Assembly: GCA_965218585.1 (NCBI GenBank)
Contig: CBDCLE010000005.1
Coordinates: 32,001 to 96,000 of the forward strand
Length of the DNA stretch: 64,000 bases
DNA from: Terriglobia bacterium
Lineage (GTDB): Bacteria; Acidobacteriota; Terriglobia; 20CM-2-55-15
Reading direction: 5' to 3'
Part shown: positions 9,339 to 18,853 of the stretch, piece after piece
Numbering within the stretch: the stretch's first letter is position 1
Layout of the letters: each line of letters starts with the position of its first letter
Notes under the pieces: generated by a model
Database searches by the model: none
Told to the model about the DNA's origin: nothing
The model's input: the letters and a program-made list of their open reading frames with translations, nothing else
Program-made: the position numbers and the translations under genes

Positions 9339-9385
9339 AGCCTATATATTGTGTTCCTTACAAAAATATACCCAATATACTGGTG
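9339..9385. promoter_or_regulatory. Tandem NrdR boxes upstream of nrdJ
   Basis: AGCCTATATATTGTGT (9339-9354) and ACCCAATATACTGGTG (9370-9385) match the acaCwAtATaTwGtgt consensus, with starts 31 bp apart. Confidence 0.85.
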
Positions 9386-9448
9386 GTTTCCCATATTGAA
9401 GGGCCAGTCCGATTTCCCACATACCGCCGCCGCCTCACCTCAAGTGAT

Positions 9449-9934
9449 TCAATTCAATAGGCCGCGAATGCGCGCTATGCCCTCGAGCGCCGGCTGGTAG
9501 TCCGATTTTTCCCTCGCCGCCAGCCGGTACTCTCCCAGCGCCCGTAGCCACAGCCGCTTCCATTCGTAAGCCCTTCCAAGATTCATATGCGGGAAACAAT
9601 AACTCTCGTATCGCGCGGCTTCAAGAGCCTGACGAAACCAATCAATGGCTTCATCAACCTCTCCCTTCTGCATCAGGTAGGCGCCGATGTCGTTGTAAGG
9701 ATTTCCGAAGTCGGGATCCAGGCGGATCGCTTCGTGGCATTGCTCGATAGCCTCGTCGAGGTGGCCCTCCTCGCTATAGGTCCAGCCCAGAAAGGTGTGG
9801 GCTTCTGCTGTCGGGTTGAGTGTGATCGATTGTCTGTAGAGGTCGGCGGCTTTGTCGAGATCGCCGTCCATCTGGGTCTGGTAGGCCTGCCCGAAGAGGT
9901 CTTCGGCGCGCTGTTTTCTGGTCTTTTCGTCCAT
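9449..9934 (-). CDS. Tetratricopeptide repeat protein
   Basis: Repeated TPR helices (AEAHTFLGWTY, GNPYNDIGAYL, FPHMNLGRAY). Confidence 0.85.
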   Translation of the reverse strand: MDEKTRKQRAEDLFGQAYQTQMDGDLDKAADLYRQSITLNPTAEAHTFLGWTYSEEGHLDEAIEQCHEAIRLDPDFGNPYNDIGAYLMQKGEVDEAIDWFRQALEAARYESYCFPHMNLGRAYEWKRLWLRALGEYRLAAREKSDYQPALEGIARIRGLLN

Positions 9935-10009
9935 GGGAGATTGGCCTCGGCCAATGGGCCCTCGGCCATCAGCCGAGACCGAAGGCCGGGAGTTCGGCCG
10001 AAACAGGTG

Positions 10010-10843
10010 CTACACGAACTCGAAGCGCGACGGTTTGGGAATCAATCCTGCCTTGTGAGCGTCCCGGAGCAACCGGCGAACAGCCTTGCGTCCCTCCGCT
10101 CCGTAGTCGAGCGTAAGTTCGTTGACGTACATGCCGACAAAACGGTCTGCGCGTTGCGCATCGAGGCCGCGGGCAAACTCCAGAGCGTACTCCATCGCTT
10201 CGTTCCGATTTTCCAGCCCGTACTTAATACTCTCTTTGATGTCTTTCGAAATCTGCTTCATCAGCGTGGGCCCGAGGTCCCGACGCACTACGTTGCCACC
10301 CAGGGGAAGAGGCAATCCGGTTTCATCCTGCCACCATTCGCCCAGGTCGATCACCTTGTGAAAACCCAGATCCCGATAGCTGAGTTGCCCTTCGTGGATC
10401 AGAAGACCGGCGTCGAAATCGCCGTTTGGCAGTTCATCAAGGATCTTGTCGAACGGCACGACCTCATAGGTGATGTCTGGCGAAAAGAGCCTCAGCGCCA
10501 GAAACGCCGTCGTCAGGGTTCCTGGAATCGCTATTTTTTTCCGGCCCAGGCGATCCCGGCGTAAGGGTCTGGAAGACACCACAACGGGGCCGTAGTTGCG
10601 CCCCATGCTCCCACCGCACCGAAGCACAGCGTACTTGTCGGCCAGGTACGCATAGGCATGAAAAGAGATCGCGCTCACTTCGTATTCGCCATCCATTGCC
10701 TTCTTGTTCAACGTCTCGATATCGGCCAGGGTGTGCTGGTAGTTGAGTTCCCCGGTGTCGATCTTGCGCGTTGCCATCGCATAGAACATGAACGCGTCGT
10801 CAGAGTCAGGGCTGTGAGCTACCCGAATCCTTTTCTTTCTCAT
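10010..10843 (-). CDS. mqnD: 1,4-dihydroxy-6-naphthoate synthase (futalosine menaquinone pathway), MqnA/MqnD family
   Basis: HSPDSDDAFMF, DIETLN, PGTLTTA, GLLIHEGQL, LPLPLG and MYVNE. Confidence 0.85.
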   Translation of the reverse strand: MRKKRIRVAHSPDSDDAFMFYAMATRKIDTGELNYQHTLADIETLNKKAMDGEYEVSAISFHAYAYLADKYAVLRCGGSMGRNYGPVVVSSRPLRRDRLGRKKIAIPGTLTTAFLALRLFSPDITYEVVPFDKILDELPNGDFDAGLLIHEGQLSYRDLGFHKVIDLGEWWQDETGLPLPLGGNVVRRDLGPTLMKQISKDIKESIKYGLENRNEAMEYALEFARGLDAQRADRFVGMYVNELTLDYGAEGRKAVRRLLRDAHKAGLIPKPSRFEFV

Positions 10844-10948
10844 TTCAGGAAATCTTTTCCTTCCCGGTTCAGTATTCGAAAGCTATCAAAGAGGGCTATC
10901 CTAACACAGGCCGAATCCCGCGGCCCGTTACTCCACCGGTGCGCCTTT

Positions 10949-11827
10949 TCATCTTCGTCGTCGTCGTCCTCTCTTTGACGGTTCGCAGATTGTATTATCG
11001 ATCAGGCGCGTATCACCAACCCAGATCGCTGCGACTGCTCGCACCGGACCCTGGATCTCTTCCACCGGTTGCATATCCGCAGGATTCACGATCTCGACGT
11101 AGTCTACGCGCACCGTGGGCTCCAGTTCCAGAACCTGTCTGGCAGCCTTCCTGACCACAGCAGGATCCAAATCCCCATCGCCGATACGTTGACGGGCAAC
11201 ACGCAGGGCCCGATAGAGAACAGGCGCAATCTGACGTTCCTCCGCGCTCAGGTACTCGTTCCGTGAACTAATCGCCAATCCATCCAGTTCGCGCTCGGTC
11301 GGACCGGCAACAATATCGATCGAAAGGTCCCGCTCGCGCGTCATGCGTGAAATAACGGCAAGCTGCTGAATGTCCTTTTCGCCGAAGTAGGCCCGGTCCG
11401 GGTGTACGATGTCGAACAACTTCAGGACGACCGTAGCGACGCCCCGAAAGTGGCCGGGGCGAGAGGACCCGCACAATCCTTCGGCCTCAGTCCCTACCTC
11501 GACCAGCTCGGGAGCCCCACCCGGATACATTTCCTCGTCCGAGGGTGCAAACAACGCATCCACACCGCGTTTCTCGCAGAAAAGCACGTCCTGCTCAAAG
11601 CGGCGCGGGTAGTCTCCCAAGTCTTCGTTCGGTCCGAACTGTAGAGAGTTTACAAAGAGGCTGACCACGACCGTGCCGCACTCGCGTCTGGCAAGATCGA
11701 TCAGGCTCCCGTGCCCGGCGTGAAGCGCGCCCATCGTTGGGATCAGTCCAACGGGTTTTCCCGCGCGGCGCGCGCTGTCGAGATACGTTCGGACCTCACT
11801 GGCTGTCCGGAACGCTTCGACATTCAT
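10949..11827 (-). CDS. panC: Pantoate--beta-alanine ligase
   Basis: PTMGALHAGH, QFGPNED, RPGHFRGV, FGEKDIQQ, DGLAISSRN and RLIDN. Confidence 0.95.
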   Translation of the reverse strand: MNVEAFRTASEVRTYLDSARRAGKPVGLIPTMGALHAGHGSLIDLARRECGTVVVSLFVNSLQFGPNEDLGDYPRRFEQDVLFCEKRGVDALFAPSDEEMYPGGAPELVEVGTEAEGLCGSSRPGHFRGVATVVLKLFDIVHPDRAYFGEKDIQQLAVISRMTRERDLSIDIVAGPTERELDGLAISSRNEYLSAEERQIAPVLYRALRVARQRIGDGDLDPAVVRKAARQVLELEPTVRVDYVEIVNPADMQPVEEIQGPVRAVAAIWVGDTRLIDNTICEPSKRGRRRRR

Positions 11828-12669
11828 GGGCTCTGCCCATCCAGTTTCTTCACCGACTTCTCTGCTGGGTTTCGGGCATCGGGAAAGCGTCCTGAACGGA
11901 CATCATCCACGTAGGCGCGGGCGGCATCGACGACTGTTTCGCCAAGCCTGGCGTACTGTTTCACGAAAGATGGAACGAACTCGTCGAACAGGCCGAGCAT
12001 ATCGTAACTGACCAGGACCTGCCCGTCGCAACCCGGCCCTGCACCGATTCCGATCGTCGGCACCCCGACCGAGGAGGTGACCCGGACGGCGAGGTCCGCC
12101 GGTATCGACTCCAGGACAATGGCAAAAACTCCCGCACTCTCAAGTGCGATCGCGTCCTCGATCAGCCTCTCTCTATCTTCCGCGGTTTGTGCCTGTGGGC
12201 GGAACCCTCCGATCTGATGGACCGATTGAGGTGTCAGGCCCAGGTGCCCCATCACGGGAATGCCGGCATCTCGGAGCCTCTGCGCAGGTTCGAGAATCGC
12301 GTGTCCCCCTTCGATCTTGACCCCCGCGGCTCCGCCGTCCTGTATCAGCCGGCCGGCATTCCTCAACGTCTCTGTTTCATCGATCTGGTATGTCAGAAAC
12401 GGCAGGTCGGCCACAACCAATGCACGGCGTGTCCCGCGTACGACGGCCCGGCAATGATGCAAAACCATGTCCAGAGTTACCGGGATCGTCGTTTCATAAC
12501 CCATAACGACCATTCCCAGCGAATCACCGACCAGGAGAATGTCGATCCCGGCCCCATCCAGCAGACGCGCCATCGTGGCGTCGTATGCAGTCAGCATTGT
12601 GATCTTCTCGCCTTTGCGTTTCATGGACAAAAGATCGGGAACCCGAACGGGTTTCGCGGCTGGTGACAT
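11824..12669 (-). CDS. panB: 3-methyl-2-oxobutanoate hydroxymethyltransferase
   Basis: MLTAYD, LVGDSLG, VADLPF, VKIEGG, GHLGLTPQ and GIGAGPGCDGQVLV. Start at ATG 12669 preferred (GTG 12702 is an alternative). Confidence 0.95.
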   Translation of the reverse strand: MSPAAKPVRVPDLLSMKRKGEKITMLTAYDATMARLLDGAGIDILLVGDSLGMVVMGYETTIPVTLDMVLHHCRAVVRGTRRALVVADLPFLTYQIDETETLRNAGRLIQDGGAAGVKIEGGHAILEPAQRLRDAGIPVMGHLGLTPQSVHQIGGFRPQAQTAEDRERLIEDAIALESAGVFAIVLESIPADLAVRVTSSVGVPTIGIGAGPGCDGQVLVSYDMLGLFDEFVPSFVKQYARLGETVVDAARAYVDDVRSGRFPDARNPAEKSVKKLDGQSP

Positions 12670-12751
12670 GTTAATTATCGTATCAGATCGGGGCGGGTTC
12701 ACACACAGACTGGCCCGCGCCTCTCGGCCGTGTCCTGACGGTCAACAAGGG

Positions 12752-12847
12752 GATTTCGCTCGGTCGTTCATTCGGCCGACCAGCGCTAGCGCTTCAAGCG
12801 CGTAGGCCGAACGACCGGCGACGCTCGTAATCCACCTGATTACGAGC
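12752..12847 (-). repeat. Structured intergenic repeat family, copy 3 (core, inverted)
   Basis: Reverse complement reads GCTCGTAATCAGGTGGATTACGAGCGTCGCCGGTCGTTCGGCC...GGCCGAATGAACGACCGAGCGAAATC. Confidence 0.85.
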
Positions 12848-12874
12848 TCTTTTAAAGGCAGGTAAGCGGTCCAC

Positions 12875-14014
12875 TCACCTCTCCACCCGCGTCTCGCCAG
12901 CCGAAACTAACGTGTAGGTAATCCCCTTCCACACAAGCCGGCGCCCCACAATAGTACGGAGAAAATTCCACTCGTAGAGGAAGGCGACCAACGGGGGCGA
13001 CAGCCGGTAGAACCAACGATTGTGAGCGCTGGACGGATCGCCCAAGACACGCCGTGCTCCCCGGACCCTCAGGTCCGCGCGCACTATGGCCAGACCATAG
13101 ACAAGACTCCATAGCAGGAAGAACTTCCAGTCACTGAACATCCGGAAGGTCAGCCACAAGAACGTCAGGTTGAAAAGCGAGTAGGTCGCCAGTCCGATTC
13201 TCCAGATCTTCGGGGCATAAACCCGTGTTATCAGTATCTGGCGCGTTGTGAACTCCATCAGCTGACCCCACGAACATTCGCCATAGGAAGGGACCAGGCA
13301 CACCGGAACATAGACGATCCTGAGGCCGGCCCCCCGCACGGCTTCGGTGAGGGTGTAATCATCGCTCAGGGCTCCCTGCCAACGCTCCAGAACACCAGCC
13401 TGCTGGAAAACACCACGCCGTATGGCTGTAGATCCTCCCCAAACGAAGTTGTTCGAATGAGGCCCGAGAAACCCCGCGACGGTGCCGTTCCATGCCGATC
13501 GGAGACGCGTCGGCAAATTCGTCCCCGATGCCGCGTACCAGCGGTAACCTGTCGTGGCACCGACCGCGGGATCCTCCAGCGGTGCCAGGAGCTGGCGTAA
13601 CCAATCAGGAGGAAAGCGGGCGTCCGCGTCACAGAAAACATACGTTTCCTCCCCCTCACCCGCTGTGAGGACTCCGTGGATGAGGTTGTGGACTTTCTGC
13701 CCGCACCGCTCGGCCCGGCCCGCGATGAGGACGGCCCCTCCACTTGCCGAAAGAATCGGCATGGAGGGATCGGCCACAGAATCCACGATGAAGACAACCC
13801 GATAATCAGTATGGGTCTGCCCCATGAGGGAAGCCACGTTCTCGCTGAGTTCAGGGTCCGAATCTTTCACAGGGCAAAAAACGACGACAGGCCGATCGGG
13901 GAGAGGAGTCCTGCAATAGTTCAAGGTATACTTTAGATTATGCCTGCCATCCCACAATGATATTGATCCTTGAACTAATGCCACGAATGCCAGGATATAG
14001 AGAAGAATGTCCAT
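12875..14014 (-). CDS. Membrane glycosyltransferase (GT2/GT21; ceramide glucosyltransferase/HpnI-like)
   Basis: N-terminal TM, CPVKD, GQKVHNL, FCDADA (DxD), WGGSTA, LSDD, FTTRQ (Q/RxxRW-like) and a C-terminal WKGITY. Confidence 0.8.
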   Translation of the reverse strand: MDILLYILAFVALVQGSISLWDGRHNLKYTLNYCRTPLPDRPVVVFCPVKDSDPELSENVASLMGQTHTDYRVVFIVDSVADPSMPILSASGGAVLIAGRAERCGQKVHNLIHGVLTAGEGEETYVFCDADARFPPDWLRQLLAPLEDPAVGATTGYRWYAASGTNLPTRLRSAWNGTVAGFLGPHSNNFVWGGSTAIRRGVFQQAGVLERWQGALSDDYTLTEAVRGAGLRIVYVPVCLVPSYGECSWGQLMEFTTRQILITRVYAPKIWRIGLATYSLFNLTFLWLTFRMFSDWKFFLLWSLVYGLAIVRADLRVRGARRVLGDPSSAHNRWFYRLSPPLVAFLYEWNFLRTIVGRRLVWKGITYTLVSAGETRVER

Positions 14015-14046
14015 TTATTTGGAGACACGCGAACCGGAAATTGAGA

Positions 14047-15054
14047 TTATTTCCAGAGTTGATGGAGGAGTCGCCCCGCAAAGCCCGGAAACTGAGCGCC
14101 CAGCCAGAAGCCGGTCCGCTTCCCAAACGGATGGGCCAGTGTCCGGCGGAGAAGGGCCGCCAATGCTCGTTTTGTTCCCCATCGCTGCCGCCACTCGCGC
14201 TCATAGTTTTCCCTGAGAGTTTGGTAAGGGAGTCCCTGTTCGAGCCCGTGTGCCACAATCCGGGCCGCCAGACGGCCCGATTCCAGGGCGTGGCGCATAC
14301 CTTCGCCACAGAACGGATCGATCATTCCGCCCGCATCACCCACGGCCAGGTAGGGTCCAGGAATCCTGCTGTATGCGACCGAGCCAGTGACGATACATCC
14401 CTCCCGATCAAGATATTCCCCGACTCGATCCTTATTCACCAAAAAGCAGGAATTGGTCCGGCCGCCCTCGATCGAGACCGATCCCCCATATCCACCCTCA
14501 AAAAAACAGAACTCCAGCATGGATCCCACCGACCTCTCCTCGTAGAACTGAACACCAAACTGTTTGGATTCCCGTCTGCGTGTAAACCGGCCCAGCTTCC
14601 CGGCTGCATCGATGACGACCGTGCAGTCGGCCCCGAATCCAAGACCGTCAGTCCCCCTGCCCTGGACACGAAAACCGCCCCCCGGTAACGATTGGACATT
14701 CTCGATCCGATGCCCGGTACGAACATCCGCTTCCCTGGCCAGGATCTCGTCCAGCCGTTCGCGGGAAAATCCCAGACCGATTTGTTCAAAGAGAATGTCG
14801 ATTTCCGCCTCATCATCAAACCGGACACGCGCACCTCGAACGACTACGGCACCTTGGGAACGCACCCGATCGAGAAGACCCAGGTCATCCAGACACCGGA
14901 GCGCTCCGGGAGAGAGGAACTCGCCACACACTTTCCGCCGCGGAAACTGATCGCGGTCGAAGGATACAGCGTCCATCCCACGGGAACGGAGTTCGATCGC
15001 GCAGGCCGCTCCGGCGAGTCCACCCCCGATAACGACGACCTGGTGCGAACTCAT
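14047..15054 (-). CDS. FAD-dependent oxidoreductase (geranylgeranyl reductase/halogenase/monooxygenase superfamily)
   Basis: GGGLAG Rossmann motif, FPRRKVCGEFLS, IDAAG and VGDAGGMIDPFCGEGM. Confidence 0.85.
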   Translation of the reverse strand: MSSHQVVVIGGGLAGAACAIELRSRGMDAVSFDRDQFPRRKVCGEFLSPGALRCLDDLGLLDRVRSQGAVVVRGARVRFDDEAEIDILFEQIGLGFSRERLDEILAREADVRTGHRIENVQSLPGGGFRVQGRGTDGLGFGADCTVVIDAAGKLGRFTRRRESKQFGVQFYEERSVGSMLEFCFFEGGYGGSVSIEGGRTNSCFLVNKDRVGEYLDREGCIVTGSVAYSRIPGPYLAVGDAGGMIDPFCGEGMRHALESGRLAARIVAHGLEQGLPYQTLRENYEREWRQRWGTKRALAALLRRTLAHPFGKRTGFWLGAQFPGFAGRLLHQLWK

Positions 15055-15710
15055 TCGAGATTCTCCGCTGTCTTGTCTACAACCAGGACGAGCCGATAAG
15101 GAAAGCTGCGGTGAACCTGCCCGGCAAAACCAGCGCGGCGGGCAATACGGACCAATTCCTCAAGCCGAAACCCGCGTTGCACTGATAACGGAGCATCGTT
15201 TTTGACCATCGTACTGCTGCCAAACAACCGCGTCATGCCGAGGATGGACCAGTAGGCAACCTGGGCACGGTGAAGGTCGTTGACGATCACCCAGCGGCGG
15301 GAGACACGAACCATCCCTTGAAGAGCACGAACGCAGTCCTCGTCGGAGAGATGATGAAAGAAAAGCGATGCCGTCACGCAATCGAACGTGTCGTCACCAA
15401 ACGGCAGGCTGAGGGCATCTCCGAGGACCGGCCTGCTTCTTTTCGCACGTGACAGGCCGCTCGTGTTGAGATCGAGCGCAACGACCTGCCACAGCCCGGA
15501 TCCCACCAGTCGGTCTCCGATGTCGCAGGCCCCCGCAGCGGCATCCAACACAAGACCCTCTGACGGCAGAAAGCGCCGCACCGCTCGGACGCCTCCCAGA
15601 TAACGGTTGATCGTGGCCAGTTCGTCATACGCCAGGAGAAACTCCTCCCGGTCATGAGTCGAGTCATCCATCATTTCCGCTGTGTGAATTCTCGATGTGA
15701 GGTCAGGCAT
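15051..15710 (-). CDS. SAM-dependent methyltransferase
   Basis: EMMDD, INRYLGG, LDAAAGACD, SLFFHHL, VNDLHR and DAPLSVQRGF. The stop overlaps the start of the oxidoreductase. Confidence 0.85.
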   Translation of the reverse strand: MPDLTSRIHTAEMMDDSTHDREEFLLAYDELATINRYLGGVRAVRRFLPSEGLVLDAAAGACDIGDRLVGSGLWQVVALDLNTSGLSRAKRSRPVLGDALSLPFGDDTFDCVTASLFFHHLSDEDCVRALQGMVRVSRRWVIVNDLHRAQVAYWSILGMTRLFGSSTMVKNDAPLSVQRGFRLEELVRIARRAGFAGQVHRSFPYRLVLVVDKTAENLE

Positions 15711-15713
15711 CTG

Positions 15714-16994
15714 TCAGGCATTCAGGTTCTTCAGAACCAGTGCCGAGTTCTTGGATCCGAAACCGATGCAGTTGGCCAGACCGTATCGGACCGCTCTCGT
15801 CCTGGCAGAGAGCGGGGTGTAGTCGAGGTCGCATTCAGCATCCGGATTCTGAAGATTGAGCGTGGGGGGGATCATGCCTTCGTCCATCGCAAACAGAATC
15901 GCGCTCATGCCTGCCGCGCCGCTAGCCCCCTGGGGATGGCCGAACATCGACTTTGATGCGCTCATAGGGATCCGGTAAGCAGCTTCGCCCAGGCTGAGCT
16001 TGAGCGCCTTTGTTTCGATGCGATCGTTCAGGACCGTCGAGGTTCCATGCAGGTTGACGTAGTCCACTTCCTCGGGATGGACGCCGGCGTCTTCCAGAGC
16101 CAGCGACATGGCCCGGGCCGGTTCGACTCCGGATTCATCGAGACGCACACGATGATGGGCATCACAGGTAGAGCCGTATCCGGCCACCTCTGCGTAGATC
16201 CGTGCTCCCCGGGCCCGGGCTGAACTCTCCCGTTCGAGGACGTAGATCCAGGATCCTTCGCCCAGGACAAAGCCATCCCTGTCTTCGGAGAATGGACGCG
16301 ACCCAGCCGCCGGATCTTCATTCCACGAAGCTGTGAGAACACGCATCAGACAAAACGCCGCCAGGATGCCCGGCGCCAGCGGAGCGTCGGCACCGCCGGT
16401 AATGACAATGTCGGTCTGACCCATGAGAATGGATTGGCACGCATACGACATTGCATCGGTCGAACTGGTACACCCGGTCGACACAACGTGGCTCGGCCCA
16501 TGAAATCCGAACGACATGGACACCTCGCTGCTGAAAGTCCCGATCGTCGACGTGGGTATGGTATAGACGCTGGCCTTCTTCAGCTGGTCCCTGTAATAGT
16601 GGCCATACTGCCTCTCTGTGAACTCAAGGCCTCCGCCACCACTGCCCAGGATGACGCCCACCCCCCGTCTGGCATCCACCTCAAGCGAGACTGGATCCAG
16701 TTTCGCGTCCTTAAGCGCAAGACGAGTTGCCCCGATCGCAAGGGCCGCCGTCCGCGAAACGTGCTGCCGGTCTTTCGGGGACACGTTTTCCATCGGATCG
16801 ACGTGGCGGACTTCGCCTGCGATCTGAACCGGGAACGGTGAGGGGTCAAAGGCTTCGATCCTGCCGACCCCGCTCTTGCCTTCCCGGAAAGCCTCCCAAA
16901 GACACTCTCGATTGTTTCCCGCAGGCGTCAGGCAACCAAAACCGCTGATCACAACGCGTTCCGGACTGAGATTCCGATGATTGTTGAATGACAT
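15714..16994 (-). CDS. Beta-ketoacyl synthase (FabF/KS-alpha-like)
   Basis: Cys-His-His triad in VSTGCTS, NLHGTST and KSMFGHPQG, plus SRPF..RDGFVLGEG and IPPTLNL...ECDLDY. Confidence 0.9.
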   Translation of the reverse strand: MSFNNHRNLSPERVVISGFGCLTPAGNNRECLWEAFREGKSGVGRIEAFDPSPFPVQIAGEVRHVDPMENVSPKDRQHVSRTAALAIGATRLALKDAKLDPVSLEVDARRGVGVILGSGGGGLEFTERQYGHYYRDQLKKASVYTIPTSTIGTFSSEVSMSFGFHGPSHVVSTGCTSSTDAMSYACQSILMGQTDIVITGGADAPLAPGILAAFCLMRVLTASWNEDPAAGSRPFSEDRDGFVLGEGSWIYVLERESSARARGARIYAEVAGYGSTCDAHHRVRLDESGVEPARAMSLALEDAGVHPEEVDYVNLHGTSTVLNDRIETKALKLSLGEAAYRIPMSASKSMFGHPQGASGAAGMSAILFAMDEGMIPPTLNLQNPDAECDLDYTPLSARTRAVRYGLANCIGFGSKNSALVLKNLNA

Positions 16995-17062
16995 CTAAGC
17001 TCCTGCCCCTCAGTCGGAACTCTTCGCTAGTTCAAAGGGCTACTATGCGAGGGAATATACCC

Positions 17063-17090
17063 TAAAGTAGCGTCTTGCGGATGCCGATAC
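17063..17090 (+). promoter_or_regulatory. Putative sigma28 (FliA/SigD) promoter
   Basis: TAAA (17063-66) - 16 nt - GCCGATAC (17083-90), 24 nt upstream of ORF 17115. Confidence 0.55.
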
Positions 17091-17114
17091 AGAGAACAGG
17101 AAAAGGGTTTTGAA

Positions 17115-17330
17115 ATGGACATCAACACAATCACACCGATCCAGTCCGATGCCGGAATCGGAAACCTCCAGCGGATCCAGCCGACGAGCAATTCCAATCG
17201 GCGGAGGCAGCAGAACCCCAAGCGTCAAAAACGCAATCTCAACGCAAAATATACCAACGAAGTGACTTACAAGCCCGACGGCCACGTTGAATCGGACGAG
17301 CACGGCGTAAGAGTCGACATCTCGGTCTGA
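17115..17330 (+). CDS. Small hypothetical protein (71 aa)
   Basis: ATG preceded by a purine-rich tract and a sigma28-like promoter. Basic centre and C-terminal GVRVDISV. Confidence 0.6.
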   Translation: MDINTITPIQSDAGIGNLQRIQPTSNSNRRRQQNPKRQKRNLNAKYTNEVTYKPDGHVESDEHGVRVDISV

Positions 17331-17421
17331 AGCCCCCCCCTACCAATTTTCCATTTGAAATCGCGCGGTGGCATTCTAAGTCTCCTCGAGGACCTACTTT
17401 AACGGACCGGCATGATCACGG

Positions 17422-17485
17422 GCTCGCAATCAGAAGGATTGCGAGCGTCGCCCTGCTTTCACATAGAAGACTCGGTCAGGATGAC
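17422..17485 (+). repeat. Structured intergenic repeat family, copy 4, interrupted by IS256
   Basis: GCTCGCAATCAGAAGGATTGCGAGCGTCGCC...CTCGGTCAGGATGAC. After the IS the sequence continues AAATCCTCTGCG, similar to copy 1 AAATCTTCTGCG. Confidence 0.75.
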
Positions 17486-18853
17486 GAGGTCGTTCCAATC
17501 GGTGTGTAAAAAGAGAAGGCGGTGTACGCTTTCGGTGAATCCCGAAACCCTAAGCAATCCCCGGCAGCAACCGGGAGAAAGGTACACCACCCATGAAGAA
17601 GAAGAACATACCGGCATCAGTGGCGTCAACGAACGCGTATGAAGGTTTGGAGGACTGGGCGCGATCCCGGGTCCAAGTCTGGCTACAGGAGCTGCTCGAG
17701 GACGAAGTCACTCAATTTCTGGGTCGGGAAAAGTTGGAGCGGAGTCCGAATCGACGAGGATACCGGAACGGTCACGGGAAACCGCGACGCTTCGCAATGA
17801 TGAACGGTACGATGGAGGTTCGACGACCTCGGGTTCGAAACACCGCCGAGCGGTTCGAGAGTCAGATCCTGCCGTATTTTCGACGGAAATCGAAACAGCT
17901 GGGCGAGCTACTTCCCGATCTCTACCTCCACGGTCTGGCCACAGGGGACTTCGAGCAGGCCATGCGCGGACTGCTTGGCGCTGGCGCTCCGTTGTCGCGA
18001 GCATCGATCCAACGACTGAAATCGACCTGGCAGTTGGAGTATGACGAGTGGGTCCAGCAGGACCTGTCCGGCCTCGAGGTCGTGTACCAGTGGGCAGACG
18101 GCTTGTACGTGAAAGCGGGGATCGCGAAAGAGCGAGCGGCATTGTTGGTGATCATCGGAGCCTTGTCAGACAGGCGCAAAGTGCTGTTGGCCTGTGAGAG
18201 CGGGCAGCGGGAAAGCAAGGAGTCCTGGAGCCGCATTCTGCGCAATCTCCAGAGACGGGGCCTGAAGCTGGGACGGCTGACTGTCGCGGACGGTCACCTG
18301 GGCATCTGGTCCGCGCTGGCCGAGCAACAGCCCCAGGGCCAGGAACAACGCTGCTGGAACCACAAGTCGATCAACGTGGTCGATCATCTGCCGAAGACCG
18401 AGCAGCCCGCGGCCAGACAGCTGCTCCATGGGATGGCCTTCGCGAACTCCCGCGCGGCCTGCGAACGAAAGCGGGATCAGTTCGTCCGCCGATATGAGAA
18501 GAACTATCCCAAAGCGGCTGAGACGCTGTTGCGGGACTGGGACCGGATGATCACTTTCTATGAGTTCCCGAAACAACACTGGGTGCATCTGAGAACGACC
18601 AACATCGTCGAATCGCCCTTCGACATGGTTCGCCTCCGCACCAACGCCGCTCGCCGATTCAAGCGTGTCGAGAATGCAACGGCAATGATCTGGAAGCTAC
18701 TACGTGTCGCTGAGAAGGCTTGGCGACACTTAAAAGGATCCGAACTCTTACAAGAGGTCTATGATGGCCAGCAAATTCGCTGACGGCATCAGAGTCGTGA
18801 TGAAATCGAAGGCCGCCGCCTGATGACTTTTACACACCTTTTGTAATGACCTC
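17486..18853 (+). mobile_element. IS256-family insertion sequence with intact ends
   Basis: 26-bp imperfect terminal IRs GAGGTCGTTCCAATCGGTGTGTAAAA / GAGGTCATTACAAAAGGTGTGTAAAA (22/26 identical). 8-bp target duplication AGGATGAC at 17478-17485 and 18854-18861. Confidence 0.93.
17593..18783 (+). CDS. IS256-family transposase; the true C-terminus probably runs to 18823 past a +1 frameshift
   Basis: GYRNGH, YQWADG, VADGHLG, QRCWNHK and LRTTNIVES. An extra A near 18773 hides the typical ...FADGIRVVMKSKAAA* ending. Confidence 0.92.
   Translation: MKKKNIPASVASTNAYEGLEDWARSRVQVWLQELLEDEVTQFLGREKLERSPNRRGYRNGHGKPRRFAMMNGTMEVRRPRVRNTAERFESQILPYFRRKSKQLGELLPDLYLHGLATGDFEQAMRGLLGAGAPLSRASIQRLKSTWQLEYDEWVQQDLSGLEVVYQWADGLYVKAGIAKERAALLVIIGALSDRRKVLLACESGQRESKESWSRILRNLQRRGLKLGRLTVADGHLGIWSALAEQQPQGQEQRCWNHKSINVVDHLPKTEQPAARQLLHGMAFANSRAACERKRDQFVRRYEKNYPKAAETLLRDWDRMITFYEFPKQHWVHLRTTNIVESPFDMVRLRTNAARRFKRVENATAMIWKLLRVAEKAWRHLKGSELLQEVYDGQQIR

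Noticed and set aside
9935-10009. Short CTCGGCCA/GCCGA repeats between mqnD and the TPR gene
   Set aside because: Low-complexity GC-rich palindromic spacer, too short to assign.
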